Source: Octopus sinensis
Taxonomy: Eukaryota
NCBI RefSeq assembly: GCF_006345805.1
Contig: NC_043001.1
Coordinates: 46,190,001-46,254,000, forward strand
DNA length: 64,000 nucleotides
Reading direction: 5' to 3'
Shown here: piece after piece, positions 11,031-23,865 of the stretch
Layout: each line of letters starts with the position of its first letter
Position numbering within the stretch: position 1 is the stretch's first letter
Notes under the pieces: model-generated
Told to the model about the DNA's origin: nothing
What the model saw: the letters and a program-made list of their open reading frames with translations, nothing else
Database searches by the model: none
Program-made: the position numbers and the translations under genes

Positions 11031-11864
11031 ATTTGGACTCAGTGCAAGTGTATGTATGTATGTATGTATGGATGTATGTATGTATATATGTATGTTTGAA
11101 TGATTGTATGTATGTATGTATGTTTGTTTGTGTGCATGACTATGTATGTATGTATGTATGCATGTTTGTATGTTTGAATTAATTATGTTTAAAGATATGT
11201 TTGTATGTCTACACATGTCTATGTATGTGTTTTGTGTACCGAACCTCAAGAATATTTTACATATTTTTGCAATTTACATTACTGGCTGGTAATTATCTAA
11301 TTAGCTATGTCGTTTCTGCTTTTGTGAAGGCCACCTTTTTGAAGAATGGTACTCATACAGTCAGTTCCATTACTAACAAGTCCTGTAGTCACAGGTATAA
11401 CAAATGTGTGTGTGTGTGTGGTGTGTGTGTGTGTGTGTGTGTTTATGCTTCTAGTGTTATATTTCAAATTTCTCACTCATAAAGAACCATTTGTTAACCT
11501 AGAAAGAAGACTCTAGGCTCTTTCACTGGGATTTAGGCAATATGAATTATGTATGTATGTTAGCTTCTAAGCATGTATTCATGTTTGTATATATATATGC
11601 ATGTATGTGTGTGTGTGTGTGTGTGGGTCTTGGATGGGTAGGTGTGAGTGTAAGTGTATGTATACCTGTCATTGCATGCACAGATCTGCATTTTTTTTTA
11701 CTCAAGTATGCACATACATATGTATCTATGTCTAAACATACCGCAGGCTATGCTATGTATGAGTGCATATTTGTGTGCATGTGTGTGCATGTATATATGT
11801 CTATATGTATGTAAGTATACATACATATATACATATATACACACATATCTATCTATATATGATC

Positions 11865-12620
11865 CTTTCTGCTATAGGCACAAGGCCTGAAATTTTGGGG
11901 AAGGAGACAGTCGATTATATCGATCCCTGTACTCAACTGGTACTCAATTTATCGACCCCGAAAGGATGAAAAGTAAAGTCGACCTCGGCGGAATTTGAAC
12001 CCAGAGCGTAACGGCAGACGAAATACCGCTAAGCATTTCATCCCGCGTGCTAACGACTCTTTTCTACTCCAGGCAAAAGGCCCGAAATTTTTGGGGAGTG
12101 GGGGCCAGTCGATTAGATCGACCCCAGTACTCAACTGGTACATAGTTTATCGACCCCGAAAGGATTAAAAGCAAAGTCAACCTCGGCGGAATTTGAACTC
12201 AGAACGTAAAGACAGACGAAATACCTATTTCTTTACTACACAAGGAGCTACACACAGAGGGGACAAACAAGGACAGACAAATGGATTAAGTCGATTATAT
12301 CGACCCCAGTGCGTAACTGGTACTTAATTTATCGACCCAGAAAGGACGAAAGGCAAAGTCGACCTCGGCGGAATTTGAACTCAGAACGTAGCGGCAGACG
12401 AAATACCTATTTCTTTACTACCCACAAGGGACTAAACACAGAGAGGACAAACAAGGACAGACATCGACCCCAGTGCGTAACTGGTACTTGATTTATCGAC
12501 CCCGAAAGGACGAAAGGCAAAGTCGACCTCGGCGGAAGTTGAACTCAGAACGTAGGGGCAGACGAAATACCGCAAAGCATTTCGCCTGGCGTGCTAACGA
12601 TTCTGCCAGCTCGCCGCCTT
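11865..12620 (-). mobile_element. SINE A monomer (11865-12056) plus trimer (12057-12620)
   Basis: Four core units ttatcgacccc.gaaagga.gaaa; head ctgccagctcgccgcc at the right end. Confidence 0.93.
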
Positions 12621-12822
12621 TCTGTTCATATATAATGACTTCATTATGTAGCCGTAATGTATACGTTTATGTCTCATTCAGTAATGTTACCTGAAATATA
12701 GACACTTTCTTCAGTCATAGATCACAGGTCAAACATAAATTTCTCAGCAGGGAAATTTATATACCTTCATTTCTCCCTTCTTCCTTTCTTTCTTTCTTTG
12801 TTTCTTTGTTTCTTTCTTTATT

Positions 12823-12878
<56 letters not shown>

Positions 12879-12912
12879 TGTCTTTCGTTTCTTTCCTGTC
12901 TGTTTGTCTGAC

Positions 12913-13062
12913 TATATAGCACCACCTTTAGTCGAACACATCAACCCCAGGACTTATTTTTTTGTAAGCCTAGTACTTATTCTAACGGGCTCCTTTTACC
13001 GAACCGCTAAGTTGCGGGGACGTAAACACATCAGCATCGGTTGTCAAGCGATGTTGGAGGGA

Positions 13063-13148
<86 letters not shown>

Positions 13149-13296
13149 TATGACGGGCTTCATTCAGTTTCCGTCTACCAAATCCACTCACAAGGCTTTG
13201 GTCGGCCCGAGGATATAGTAGAAGGCACTTATAGTAGAACCCGGAACCATGTTGCTCGTAAGCAAGCAACTTACCACACAGCCACTCCTACGCCTA
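12913..13296 (-). mobile_element. SINE family B, near-complete, with internal (CA)n(TA)n
   Basis: Reverse complement of the 21023-21424 copy. Confidence 0.9.
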
Positions 13297-13331
13297 AAAA
13301 AAAAAAACACTGATAAAAAAGAGAAAATTAC

Positions 13332-13375
13332 ATTTCTTCTCCGACATTGGTGAGTTCATATCAATGATGTTCACA
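13332..13375 (-). CDS. Candidate 44-nt exon (VNIIDMNSPMSEKK)
   Basis: Long pyrimidine acceptor ttctctcttctttccatttttgtttccctgcag; donor AAT|GTAATT; one open frame. Confidence 0.45.
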
Positions 13376-14145
13376 CTGCAGGGAAACAAAAATGGAAAGA
13401 AGAGAGAATTCTCAAAGATTGATGTTCTGGTCAGAAACAATAGGGGATACTTGTTAGTATTGGGTTAATGTGGATGAGACACAATGAAGGTGGTCACGGA
13501 AAGAGGAGGAGAGATGAATGTGAAATATGCAAGTAAAGAAGTTAAGAGAAGCATCGATTGCTGTTGTGAGTTCGACTTTGCTTTTCATCCTTTCGGGGTC
13601 TACACAATAAGAACCAGTCAAATATTAGGGTATCTCGGCCTGTCGCTCCTCTCAAAACTGCTCGCCTTGTGCCAAGTTTAGAAAGAAAAAAAAATGTTAA
13701 TTTTCTTAAACATGACAATTTTTTTCGCTCCTCACTCTTTTAACCCTCGCAGGCCCACCCCGTTGAGAAACACTGGTCTAGGACGAGCGTATAGTTGCAG
13801 CAGCTCTGTCTCAGATGTATTCTAAGTCTTAGGCAATATTGATGACCAGCAACTGACTGAAGCTGAAGTATTTTCCCGTCTTAAAGAGGAAAGCTCGTCT
13901 TAGCTATGTTATGTATGCGGAGGTTCAGAGGTGTATTGTGGTTGTTATCATTACTCTGGCTTTATCATTTTCACTACTCTGGCATAATCATTTAAATATT
14001 CAAACGTTGAATTAAATATTCAAACGTTAAGATATTTCTATACGTGATAAAGGCACAACATTGACTTTCCGGAACATTTAGTTCAGCGACTATTCCGGAT
14101 TACTGAATTTTCCGAACCAAGAGTGGCCGCACTCTAAATTAAATA

Positions 14146-14368
14146 AATATTGGTTCCAAATTTGGTACAAAGCCTGTAATTACGGGGGAGCGGTGGTTAA
14201 GTCGATTACACCGACCTCAGTGACCAACCGGTACTTATTTTGTCGATTCCGAAAGGATAAAAGACAAGGTCGACCTCGGCGAAATTTGAATTCAGAACGT
14301 AAAGACAAACGAAATGCTGTTAAGCATTTTCCCAGCGTGCTAACGATTCCGATAGTTCACCGCCTTAA
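14146..14368 (-). mobile_element. SINE A monomer
   Basis: Head, core and tail similarity to other copies. Confidence 0.85.
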
Positions 14369-14468
14369 ATTAAGCAAGCATTAAATTTACTTAAAATAAT
14401 TAAATGAAAAACGGGTACTTGAACATTGGTATAAATCATACAAATTTATTAATAATATACTATGCTCG

Positions 14469-14683
14469 GTGAGGCGGTGAGCTGGCAGAAACGTTAGCAC
14501 GCCTGGCGAAATGCGTAGCCGTATTTCGTCTGCCGTTACGTTCTGAGTTCAAATTCCGCCGAGGCCGAATTTGCTTTTCATCCTTTCGGGGTCGATAAAT
14601 TAAATACCAGTTGAATGCCGGGGTCAATATAACCGACTATACCCCTCCACCAAATTTCAGGCTTTGTGCTTATAGTAGAAAGG
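14469..14683 (+). mobile_element. SINE A monomer with 15-bp TSD
   Basis: aatatactRtgctcg at 14454-14468 and 14684-14698. Confidence 0.9.
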
Positions 14684-15021
14684 AATATACTGTGCTCGAT
14701 ACTAGTTTGTGCAAGGTACCAGTAAACTAGTATGGCGGGTGCGGAAATCAGAAGTTCCTGCTCGTAAGGTTCCGGATTATCAGAATCTAGAAAGTCGGCG
14801 AATTACCTGTATTACTTGAACTTAATCTTTGTTTTTGAGTGTATATAATATGATCTGAAAGCAAAGTACGACCTGATTTTATAATAAATACTAATTTACC
14901 ATATTTTGTAAACGTGTAGCACTCACCTAGCACGCTCAAACTATATACACCGCTGGTGTACTCGTCAGAGCTAGCATTTCTAGTAACTTTTTATTTTAAA
15001 TGTATGTCCTTTATGACTAGT

Positions 15022-15200
15022 GAAGGCGCGTGGCCGAGTGGTCAGGGGTGTTGCACTTGCGACCTTCTGATCTTAGTTTCGATTCCCGGACCGGACGGTC
15101 TGTTGTGTTCTTGAGAAAAAAAAACAGCTCATTCCACTTACCCTAGTTCACTCAGCTGTAAATAATTAACACTGTGATGACAGGTGTCCTGTTCAGGGAG
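15022..15200 (+). mobile_element. CORE-like SINE head and body (family C/E), partial
   Basis: ggcgcgtggccgagtggt...ttcgattcccggac...gttcactcagctgtaaat. Confidence 0.7.
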
Positions 15201-15459
15201 TGAGGATATTGTAATGTCATTAATTTATATGTTAGCATTTGCACTTGCGTGTATAGGTGAAAGCTCAGTATAGAAAACAGTATAGTAAACACATAGTAGT
15301 GCTCGAGTGAACTGAACTTTACTTCAAATACTTTATCCAGGACTTCGTTGACAACGTCTGGAGTGGCTATAAGATATATCCAGGCAAGCTGATATGGAGA
15401 TAGTGATGCAAATAAATACGATTAGGTTTGATGTATATACATACTTACACGTACATATA

Positions 15460-15523
<64 letters not shown>

Positions 15524-15534
15524 AAGGGTATAGA

Positions 15535-15826
15535 CAGCTTTCGGTCATAAACGACCATGGGATTGCACCTTGAAAGTGACCCTCTGAGGCACAACTCCGG
15601 GCAAAGTTGTTTGTAGAAGACCAGCAGTTGCCCATGCATACCAATCTCCCCTCTCCGTGCCACTGATGTTGTCCAAGGAAAAAGCAAAGACCAATACATC
15701 TTGGCACCTGTAACATCACAACTCATTTCTACAGCTGAGTCAACTGGAGCAATGTGAAATAAAGTGTCTTTCTCAAGAACACAACACACATGATTGTGAG
15801 TCCAACGCTCTACCCACTGAGCCATG
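15535..15826 (-). mobile_element. SINE family C
   Basis: Reverse complement of 36931-37262. Confidence 0.85.
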
Positions 15827-15869
15827 TAGATATCTATAGATACATATAACTACTTATATTCATAAAGGT

Positions 15870-15912
<43 letters not shown>

Positions 15913-15974
15913 CAAATATATTTACACAGAGTATACAAAATTTAGAACACCAAGAAGAGAATACACAATTTCTT

Positions 15975-16040
15975 AACTCGACAGCTGTTTCAGGAAACTC
16001 GGAATTTCGTAATAATCGTAATGTTCATAATCAACAGGTG
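15975..16040 (-). ncRNA. Degenerate Penelope-type hammerhead motif
   Basis: GAAA-CAGCTG-TC (palindrome ACAGCTGT, GUC site); upstream CTGTTGA is one mismatch from CUGAUGA; helices I and II poor. Confidence 0.35.
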
Positions 16041-16590
16041 GAAAATACAAAGAGCCTTGGGTATGCAACCAGTAAACAGTCACATAGAAATATCACTGTA
16101 AGTCCGGCTACCTTTATCAGTGTACGAATATATGTTTCTGTTTTGTTTCTCAAATTGCACACCGACAGAGGTTCGTTTACGTCTACTTCCTTCCTCCATT
16201 AGCTACTACTATTTGTAACTAAAGAGGGTGATATATCAAGATTGTTTCACTAGTTTTATACAGTGACTGTCTTTTGACAATCTTTCCTTTTGAACGATGT
16301 ATTGATGGTGACTCGACTGTTCAGCCCAGCACAAGGTATTTAGACTACATGTGGATGATGTCTGTGTGTTGTATGCTAAGGAAGAGTTAGGAGTGTTTCA
16401 TCTTCATAGATGTAAGAGTCGTTAGTCGCTTAGAGCAAGTCGTCGTTAATGAAAGAAGGAAGATGTAAACGAACCTTAGTGTCGATTTAGAGTTGATTTA
16501 GTGTTTGTTGTTGTTCAATCTTTGGTCAGACCTGATTAAGCTGACTTATAATCAAAGGCTTTCAACTTTAACCACATCGTCTTGTTTTCT

Positions 16591-16646
<56 letters not shown>

Positions 16647-17107
16647 ACTGCATTATTCAGTGTATCCATTACGTTTTAAGATGGCTGGGTACGATCTGAT
16701 CATTACGGAGGAAAGTGAAAATCATTGTGCTACAGGACATCTTAGTAAAGGCTATCTCCATTGCCTTTGAGATGTTGGAAGGGAGTACACTAAGACAGTG
16801 ACTGGGAGAATCAGAGTGAGGTTTTGTTAATGGGATAGTTGATGTCTAAATTTCAAAGAGATTCGTTTCTGGTTTGGAGTAAGGCACTATCTCTGTTGGG
16901 TTGAAATTTGAGAAATAGAACGGGAACTTAAATTCACAAATAGACACATGCATACGTACACAGATACTAACATATAGTCACACACATACACATATACATA
17001 TGAAAAAATAAGGTAGACATATACGCAAATGCATAAATCTTTCTATTCTTCTCTCTCTCTCTCTATCCCTCTCTCTCTCATTCTCTTTCTGTGTGTGTGT
17101 GCGTGTG

Positions 17108-17310
17108 AGTGTTTGTCCCCAACGACCACTGGACAGTCGGTATTAGTGTGTTTACGTCCTCGTAACTTAGCAGTTGTGCAACAGTGACCGACAGAGTAAG
17201 TACCAGGCTTAAAAAAAGTACCGGTGACCATTCATTAGACTAAAAATTCTGCGAGGCAGTGCTCCAGCATGGCTGCAGCCTAATGATAAAATCAAGTTAA
17301 AGATAAAATA
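17108..17310 (+). mobile_element. SINE B 3' half
   Basis: gtttgtcccc...gtgctccagcatggctgcag. Confidence 0.8.
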
Positions 17311-17467
17311 AATGCCATCCATAGGTAAGACTATATGGGATAGATGTAGCAAATATTGCTAATATTAAAGACATACATGCGTTTCAACACGAGGAATATT
17401 TTGCGGAACATTTCCTTCTAAACTTGTACCAAATGTAATCATAATGAGTCTAATATAATTGTTTGTT

Positions 17468-17660
17468 GTTTATCTTTTACTTGTTTCAGTCATTTGACGG
17501 CGACCATGCTGGGGCATTGACTTGCGAGGATTAGTCGAGCACTTATTTCTAAGTTTCCTATTTATCCCTTTGGTATCTTTGCCGAACTGATAGGTTACGG
17601 GGACGTGAACAAACCGATACCGGTTGTCAAACGGAGGGGGCGACAAACCAAAGATACATA
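17468..17660 (-). mobile_element. SINE B 3' half
   Basis: ttttacttgtttcagtcatttgac...gttacggggacgt. Confidence 0.8.
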
Positions 17661-17782
17661 CGCAAACATACATACATACATATACACATATAACACACGC
17701 ACGCACCCCCCCACACGCGCGCGCATACATATATACAAATCTACACATGCACTGACTCCAAATACTACACATATATATACAC

Positions 17783-17944
17783 ACACATGCACAAATACCC
17801 CGTTGATGGTGTTGAAATTCCATTGAAGGAGCCTTCGGACTAGGTTAGGAACCGGCTCTTTCTCAATTGGCAAGAAATCTTGAAATAAAACTGAATAATG
17901 ACATACATACATACATACATACATACATACATACATACATACAT
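17783..17944 (+). mobile_element. RLE-type LINE terminal 3' UTR plus (CATA)n tail
   Basis: Matches the terminal segment of the 29461-30100 copy; ends aataaaactgaataatga(cata)n. Confidence 0.75.
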
Positions 17945-18320
17945 GTAATTAATGGGACTCTGAGATATGTAACACACTGCCTAAATACAAATCTTGGGAA
18001 ATTAAGTTTCTCAAAACCAGGAAGGGGAAAGCTGATTCGTAGACTACAAATCCAAGCCATCACTGGAACTGTAAAAATCTGTAAAACTTTTCAGAAGTTT
18101 ATTATTTAAGTATATATGAGCATACCTAGATGCAAGTATATGCATGAGAAGACATAAAATAAAACATACAAATCTGCACATACATACATACATACATACA
18201 TACATACATACATACATACATACATACATACATACATACATACATACATACATACATACATACATACACACATACATACATACATACATACATACATACA
18301 TACATACATACATACATACA

Positions 18321-18350
<30 letters not shown>
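17945..18350 (+). mobile_element. RLE-type LINE ORF C-terminus, 5'-truncated, between (CATA)n arrays
   Basis: VINGTLRYVTHCLNTNLGKLSFSK...RRLQIQAITGTVKICKTFQKFII* aligns with 29600-29830(-). Confidence 0.8.
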
Positions 18351-18351
<1 letters not shown>

Positions 18352-18627
18352 CCGATGAGCTTCCATACAATTTCCATCTACCAAATTTACTCATACGCAT
18401 TGGTTACTCGAAGCCATATTTGAAGACACTTGCGCAAGGTGCCATACGGAGGGACTTAACTCGAAATCACGTTGTAAAAAGTTTTTTAAAAAGCCGGAAA
18501 AAAAGACCAAGAGTAAAACAAAACAAAACAAAACAAAACAAAAAAAGTGAACATTAAATATATTTACCTCAAGATTTAGAATTGGATGCATTGACTCCTT
18601 TATCTTCCTCATCACTAATTTGTTACT

Positions 18628-18628
18628 C

Positions 18629-18684
<56 letters not shown>

Positions 18685-19244
18685 AGTAGCAGCAGCAGTA
18701 GTAGTATTAGTAGATGTTATTGATGTTGTTGTAGCTGTTGCTGGTTGTTGTTTAGAACCAGGTCGATTCTTACTAGGCAGACCAGCGATCAAAAGACATT
18801 CCACCCGTGCCTCGGTCCGCTTTTTATCCTTTTCCAGACACGCTGTATCTCGGATTACATTATCGAATGTGGGATTTTTGAGTGAGATTTTTGGCTGCTC
18901 TTTCTGGCAAGTCAAACCACCACGTAGAAGTCCCTTTATTGAATTGCTGTCGTTATTGATGAAATTGTTGTTGCAGAGGCTAGTAAGTATTGCTATTATT
19001 GTTTGTTGTTGTTGTTGTTGCTGCCAATGCTGTTGCTGATGTTTCTGCGCTTGTTGTTGTTGTTGTTGTTGTTGTTACTGATGACGATAATGAAGTTAAT
19101 GCTGTTGTTGTTGTTGATAATCTTACAAGTGTTGTTGTTGTTGATGTGGTGCTGCTTTTCCGCTTTACTTTGCTTTTTGTTGTTGTCTGCCGCTGCCGCC
19201 ACTGCTGCTAATGTTCTTGAGGTCGTTGTTGTTGTTGTTGTTGT

Positions 19245-19289
<45 letters not shown>

Positions 19290-19420
19290 CGACGACGACG
19301 ACGACGATGATGATGGTGGTGGTGGTGGTGGTGGTGGTGGTGATGATGATGGCGCTGATGATGATATTGTTGTTTAGCCCCCAGGTCATCCTTGACCATG
19401 CAGACCTCTGATAGTGAAAC
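18628..19420. repeat. Compound trinucleotide tract (TAG, GTT, GAT, GAC, GGT) with family F repeat pieces (18745-18940, 19368-19420)
   Basis: Directly visible; the gttgttta.cc..aggtc...gcagacc motif recurs at about 19770, 43062 and 48655. Confidence 0.85.
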
Positions 19421-19601
19421 GAACAAGATGTACTCCACAGATTCAGGCCTACCCACGATCTGTGGCACTTATTATTATATACTTGATTTTAATTGAGAAA
19501 AAAGGAAAAAAAAAAAAAAAGAGAAAAGGTGGAGCTAATGACGGGAGCAAAGGCAAAACTATGAAGAGAAAAAATTTGTACCGATTTATCACAGAATTAG
19601 G

Positions 19602-19663
19602 GGTGCGACTTATACACGCGTGCGACTTATACACATGTGCGTTTTATACACGAGTAAATTCGG
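19602..19663. mobile_element. Right-end fragment of a pogo-like MITE related to 5157-5698
   Basis: Three tandem 15-mers tgcg(ac/tt)ttatacac, then gtaaattcggt resembling the TIR. Confidence 0.55.
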
Positions 19664-20264
19664 TCTTCACCGTGCCTTACTTCGGAGGAAATACAGTGTG
19701 CAATTTGGGTATGTTACACTCCCTGCACTATGTAGCGTGCAGTCTGTGTGCAGTTGTTATTTAGCACTTTATAGAGCTAAATCCCGATGGAGCAGACCAA
19801 TGATCCACGGAATTCCAACCGTGACTATCCTTTCCTTGCAGTGTTTTTTTGTTGTTGTTGCTGTACTGTATAATCTAGTGTGCCCTTTACTTTCGCCAAG
19901 GCAAGTAAGGTGTGTGATTTGAGGTAGAATTGGCAACTATTTCGAGCAGAGGCTTCGTCGTTACCTTGTGTTGTTGTTACTGATGGCGGTGATGGAGTGG
20001 TCGTAGTAGTTTTGATGGTGTTGTTATTATTGTTGTAAGTGGTGGTGGTGGTGGTGGTGGTGGTGGTGGCGATATACAAATAGCTGCAATTGTTATTTAT
20101 AGTTGTCTCTGCTGAAGAAATAGAGTGACTGTTGATATTGCCGGACTGCTGTCACTGTGGCTGCAACCACCACCACCAAGACCACCCCTAGCCCCCACCC
20201 CCACCGGTTTCACTTACCACTTCCAATGTGCATGTAAATGTACATGTACGGGTGTATTCCTAAT

Positions 20265-20300
<36 letters not shown>

Positions 20301-20610
20301 TCCCTCTTTCCCTCTGTGTCTGCCCAGTAAGGCCCTGTCATTAAACAAGCCGTCACTTCCACCACTGCTACCACCACATCCGCCGCCGCTGTCCCTACCG
20401 ATCGGCCTCCTTCCAGCCACGCCCCTCTCTATCGCCACCTTTCTTTATCGCCACAATGAACTTGACAGCCCGTTACGATGACAGCATTTTTGTTACTGAC
20501 CAATGAAGAAACAAAAAAGCGTGCACCACATGCACGTGTATGTAGGTCTTTCTGTCAAACCGTGTGTGTGTGTATGTGTATATATAAGTATATATATGTA
20601 TGTGTGTGTG

Positions 20611-20652
<42 letters not shown>

Positions 20653-21022
20653 GGTCTTTATACACACGCATGCACACATTTACACTCAGATACGCAATTG
20701 CACATCAACATGCAATTGCACACATCACACACACACATTCACTTATGTACAGATACACACACATACACACAAACACACACACATTAAAATTACTGATATG
20801 TTAATAGTATTTCGTTCCGTTCCTCTAACGAATTATAAAATCTATAGAATTGTTTTTAGCCAACACTGTATATCTCGGCTAAAACAGGACGAAGGCAACT
20901 AACCAGGAGATGGAGAAATCTAATGATAAACCCTGAGATATATTTTTAATTGAGTTTGTGGCAAACATTTGTTATAACTTCCTAACATCAGTCAGCATTT
21001 CCATAGTGTGTCTAATTCTACA

Positions 21023-21424
21023 CAGGCGCAGGAGTGGCTGTGTGGTAAGTAGCTTGCTTACCAACCACATGGTTCCGGGTTCAGTCCCATTGCGTGGCAC
21101 CTTGGGCAAGTGTCTTCTACTATAGCCTTGGGCCGACCAAAGCCTTGTGAGTAGAAACTGAAAGAAGCCCGTCGTATATATGTATATATATATATATGTA
21201 TGTGTGTATATGTTTGTGTCTGTGTTTGTCCCCCCAACATCGCATGACAACCGATGTTGCTGTGTTTACGTCCCCGTCACTTAGCGGTTCGGCAAAAAGA
21301 GGCCGTTAGAATAAGTACTAGGCTTACAAAAAATAAGTCCTGGGGTCGATTTGTTCGACTAAAGGCAGTGCTCCAGCATGGCCGCAGTCAAATGACTGAA
21401 ACAAGTAAAAGAATAAAAGAGTAA
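21023..21424 (+). mobile_element. SINE family B, full length
   Basis: tRNA-like head tggctgtgtggt / ggttcagtccc, internal (TA)/(TG) tract, (TAAAAGA)n tail. Confidence 0.93.
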
Positions 21425-21470
21425 GCCTTCAATACAAAAAAAGATCTCTGCCGGTAATCTGACAGCTATA

Positions 21471-21916
21471 ATATTGGTTTCAAATTTTGGCACAAGGCCA
21501 ACAATTTCGGGGTAAGGTGTAAGTCGATTACATCGACCACAGTGATTAACGAGTACTTATTTTATCGCTACCCGACAGGATGAACGGCAAAGTCGACCTC
21601 GGTGGAATTTGAACACAGAAGTAAGGACAGACGAAATGCGGCTGATGATTTTGTCCGGCGTGTTAACGATTCAGCCAGATCATCCCTTTATCTTCAGTAA
21701 ATATCGGCTTCCAATTTTGGCACAAGGCCAGCAAGTTCGAGTTAAGTCGATTACATCGCCCCCCACCCAGTGCTCAACTGATGCTTATTTTATCGACCTC
21801 AAAGGATGAAAGGCAAAGTCGAACTCGGCGGTATTTGAACTCAGAACGTAAAGACGGACGAAATGCCGCTAAGCATTTTGACCAGCGTGCTAACAATTCT
21901 GCCAGTTCACCGCATT
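21471..21916 (-). mobile_element. Two tandem SINE A monomers
   Basis: About 21471-21688 and 21700-21916. Confidence 0.85.
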
Positions 21917-21987
21917 CTGACGGCTAGAATATTGAACGTCAGACCTTTGTATTTCAAAGCTGACGGGGGAATCCACTATACATACAT

Positions 21988-22160
21988 ATCCTGGCATTCC
22001 GTCGCTTACGACGACGAGTGGTCCAGTTGATCCAATCAATTGAACAGTGCTCGTGAAATTAATGTCCAAAGCGATTTGTTTAGTCGATTTGCTCGACTAA
22101 AAGATGCTCCGGTATGGCCGCAGTCAAATGACTGAAACAAGTAAAAGAATAAAAGAATAC

Positions 22161-22219
<59 letters not shown>

Positions 22220-22260
22220 ATATATATATTATATATATATATATGTATATATATGTATAT

Positions 22261-22304
<44 letters not shown>

Positions 22305-22341
22305 ATGTATATATATATGTATATATATATATATATGTATG

Positions 22342-22434
<93 letters not shown>

Positions 22435-23106
22435 ATATAAGCACCGATATGTGACCGCCGCGTGTGTATCGTTGGCGATATTTTTTTCTCCGTCCTCCCT
22501 TCCTTGGAACCTTCTTTTTTTCTATATTTCTGCGAAGTGCTCCGCTCGAAACGTTAAATCCTCCTTCTTTCTTCCTTTCCTGAGCGTCCAATAACACTAT
22601 ACTTGTTCCACGTCCTCGCGTTGTTGTGTTTTCTCTTTGTGTTTTCATGTTTGGATTAACTATATATATATATATATATATATAGTAATTATTCGCGGCG
22701 GAAGCAGTAACCGGATGCTTTCCTCTGATGATTGCCAGTAGAAATGAAATCACGTGATATTGGAATTCCAGCACCCATGCAGACGATTTTCGTCTGCCAC
22801 GATCTATGTGTATGCATGTGTGCTTTCATGCTCTAAGCACCTATATGGAACGATCTCTCCAGGCTAATAAAGTACTTCACAGACACGCGTACCCTTAACG
22901 TAGTTCTCAGGGAGATTCAGCGTGACACAGAACGTGACAAGGCTGGCTCTTTTGAAATACAGGTACTACTCATTTTTGCCAGCTGAGTGGATGGGAGCAA
23001 TGTGAAATAAAGTGTCTTGCTCAAGGTCGCAACGCACCGCCGAATATCGAACTCGCGACCTTACGATCGTGAGCCGAATACTCTTATTATTAAGCCACGT
23101 GCCTTC
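21988..23106 (-). mobile_element. SINE family E, apparently split (tail 21988-22070, body and head 22862-23106) around a SINE B tail, (TA)n and a Penelope-like piece
   Basis: Segments are colinear with the tail at 26062-26210 and the head at 8750-8893. Confidence 0.65.
22440..22662 (+). mobile_element. Penelope-like terminal repeat fragment with degenerate minimal hammerhead (22526-22559)
   Basis: attt-ctg.cgaa-gtgc tcc gctc-gaaacgtt-aaat, then gagcgt; flanked by (TA)n. Confidence 0.65.
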
Positions 23107-23176
23107 ATGCATGCATACATACATACATACATACATACATACATACATACATACATACATACATACATACATACAT

Positions 23177-23490
23177 GTGGAGGTGCAATGGTACAGTGGT
23201 TAGGGCAGCGGACTCGCAGTCGTAGGATCGCGGTTTCAATTCCCAGACCGGGCGTTGTGAGTGTTTATTGAGCGAAAACACCTAAAGCTCCACGAGGCTC
23301 CGGCAGGGTGGTGGTGGCGATCCCTGCTGTACTCTTTCGTCACAACTTTCTCTCACTCTTTCTTCTGTTGGCCTGCTCGCTTAGCCAGTTGGGTGGCGTC
23401 ATTTGAAGGCTAAAACAATGCGAAGCGCATTGTGACCAGCGATGTGTAGCAACATCTGATAGCCTGGTCGGTCACGGTGATCACGGTGAC
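23177..23490 (+). mobile_element. SINE family D (tRNA head), tail type 1
   Basis: gtggaggtgcaatggtacagtggttagggcagcgg...tttcaattccc; body shared with 34640-34941; (CATA)n on both sides. Confidence 0.85.
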
Positions 23491-23865
23491 ATACATACAT
23501 ATAAACAAAAAATGTGTGTGAAACAGTGTGTTCTGAGCAACGTACACAAGAAACGAAACCAGGTATGAACTTGTAAAAAAAACTACTGAAGAGAAAAATT
23601 ACCGGATGAAACCAAGCGAGGGAATATGGAAAGTCTTTCGTCTCGGACAAGATATAGGTTGGAAGGAGTGGTTTAACACGGGGAGGTTTACATGGTAAGA
23701 CAGAAAAAGAAGGGACAAACTGGCTAAACTTCTTTCCGTGGCTAAACTACGTTATTTCTTTTCTGTGACTCAGACAATAGAAGCTAATCTTACTAGCACC
23801 GGAATTTTTACCTGTTTATAAACTAATTGATAGCGTATTCTTGTCTTTTTTTATGACAAACAATA

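Noticed and set aside
9281-12620. Regularly repeated ~190-bp units resembling a CRISPR or satellite array
   Set aside because: Internal multimers of a dispersed SINE; no unique spacers and no cas genes
17377-17417. Possible 41-nt minus-strand exon (KEMFRKIFLVLKR)
   Set aside because: Poor pyrimidine tract; would give TGA after the 14-nt micro-exon; not needed for the frame
18391-19468. 174-aa and neighbouring ORFs with poly-L/S/D/H runs
   Set aside because: Trinucleotide tracts; the complex-looking part (18745-18940) is family F dispersed repeat seen elsewhere in the window
20125-20481. Pro-rich and Gly-rich ORFs and a strong minus-strand donor near 20217
   Set aside because: Low-complexity (CT)n/(CCA)n context and no matching acceptor found
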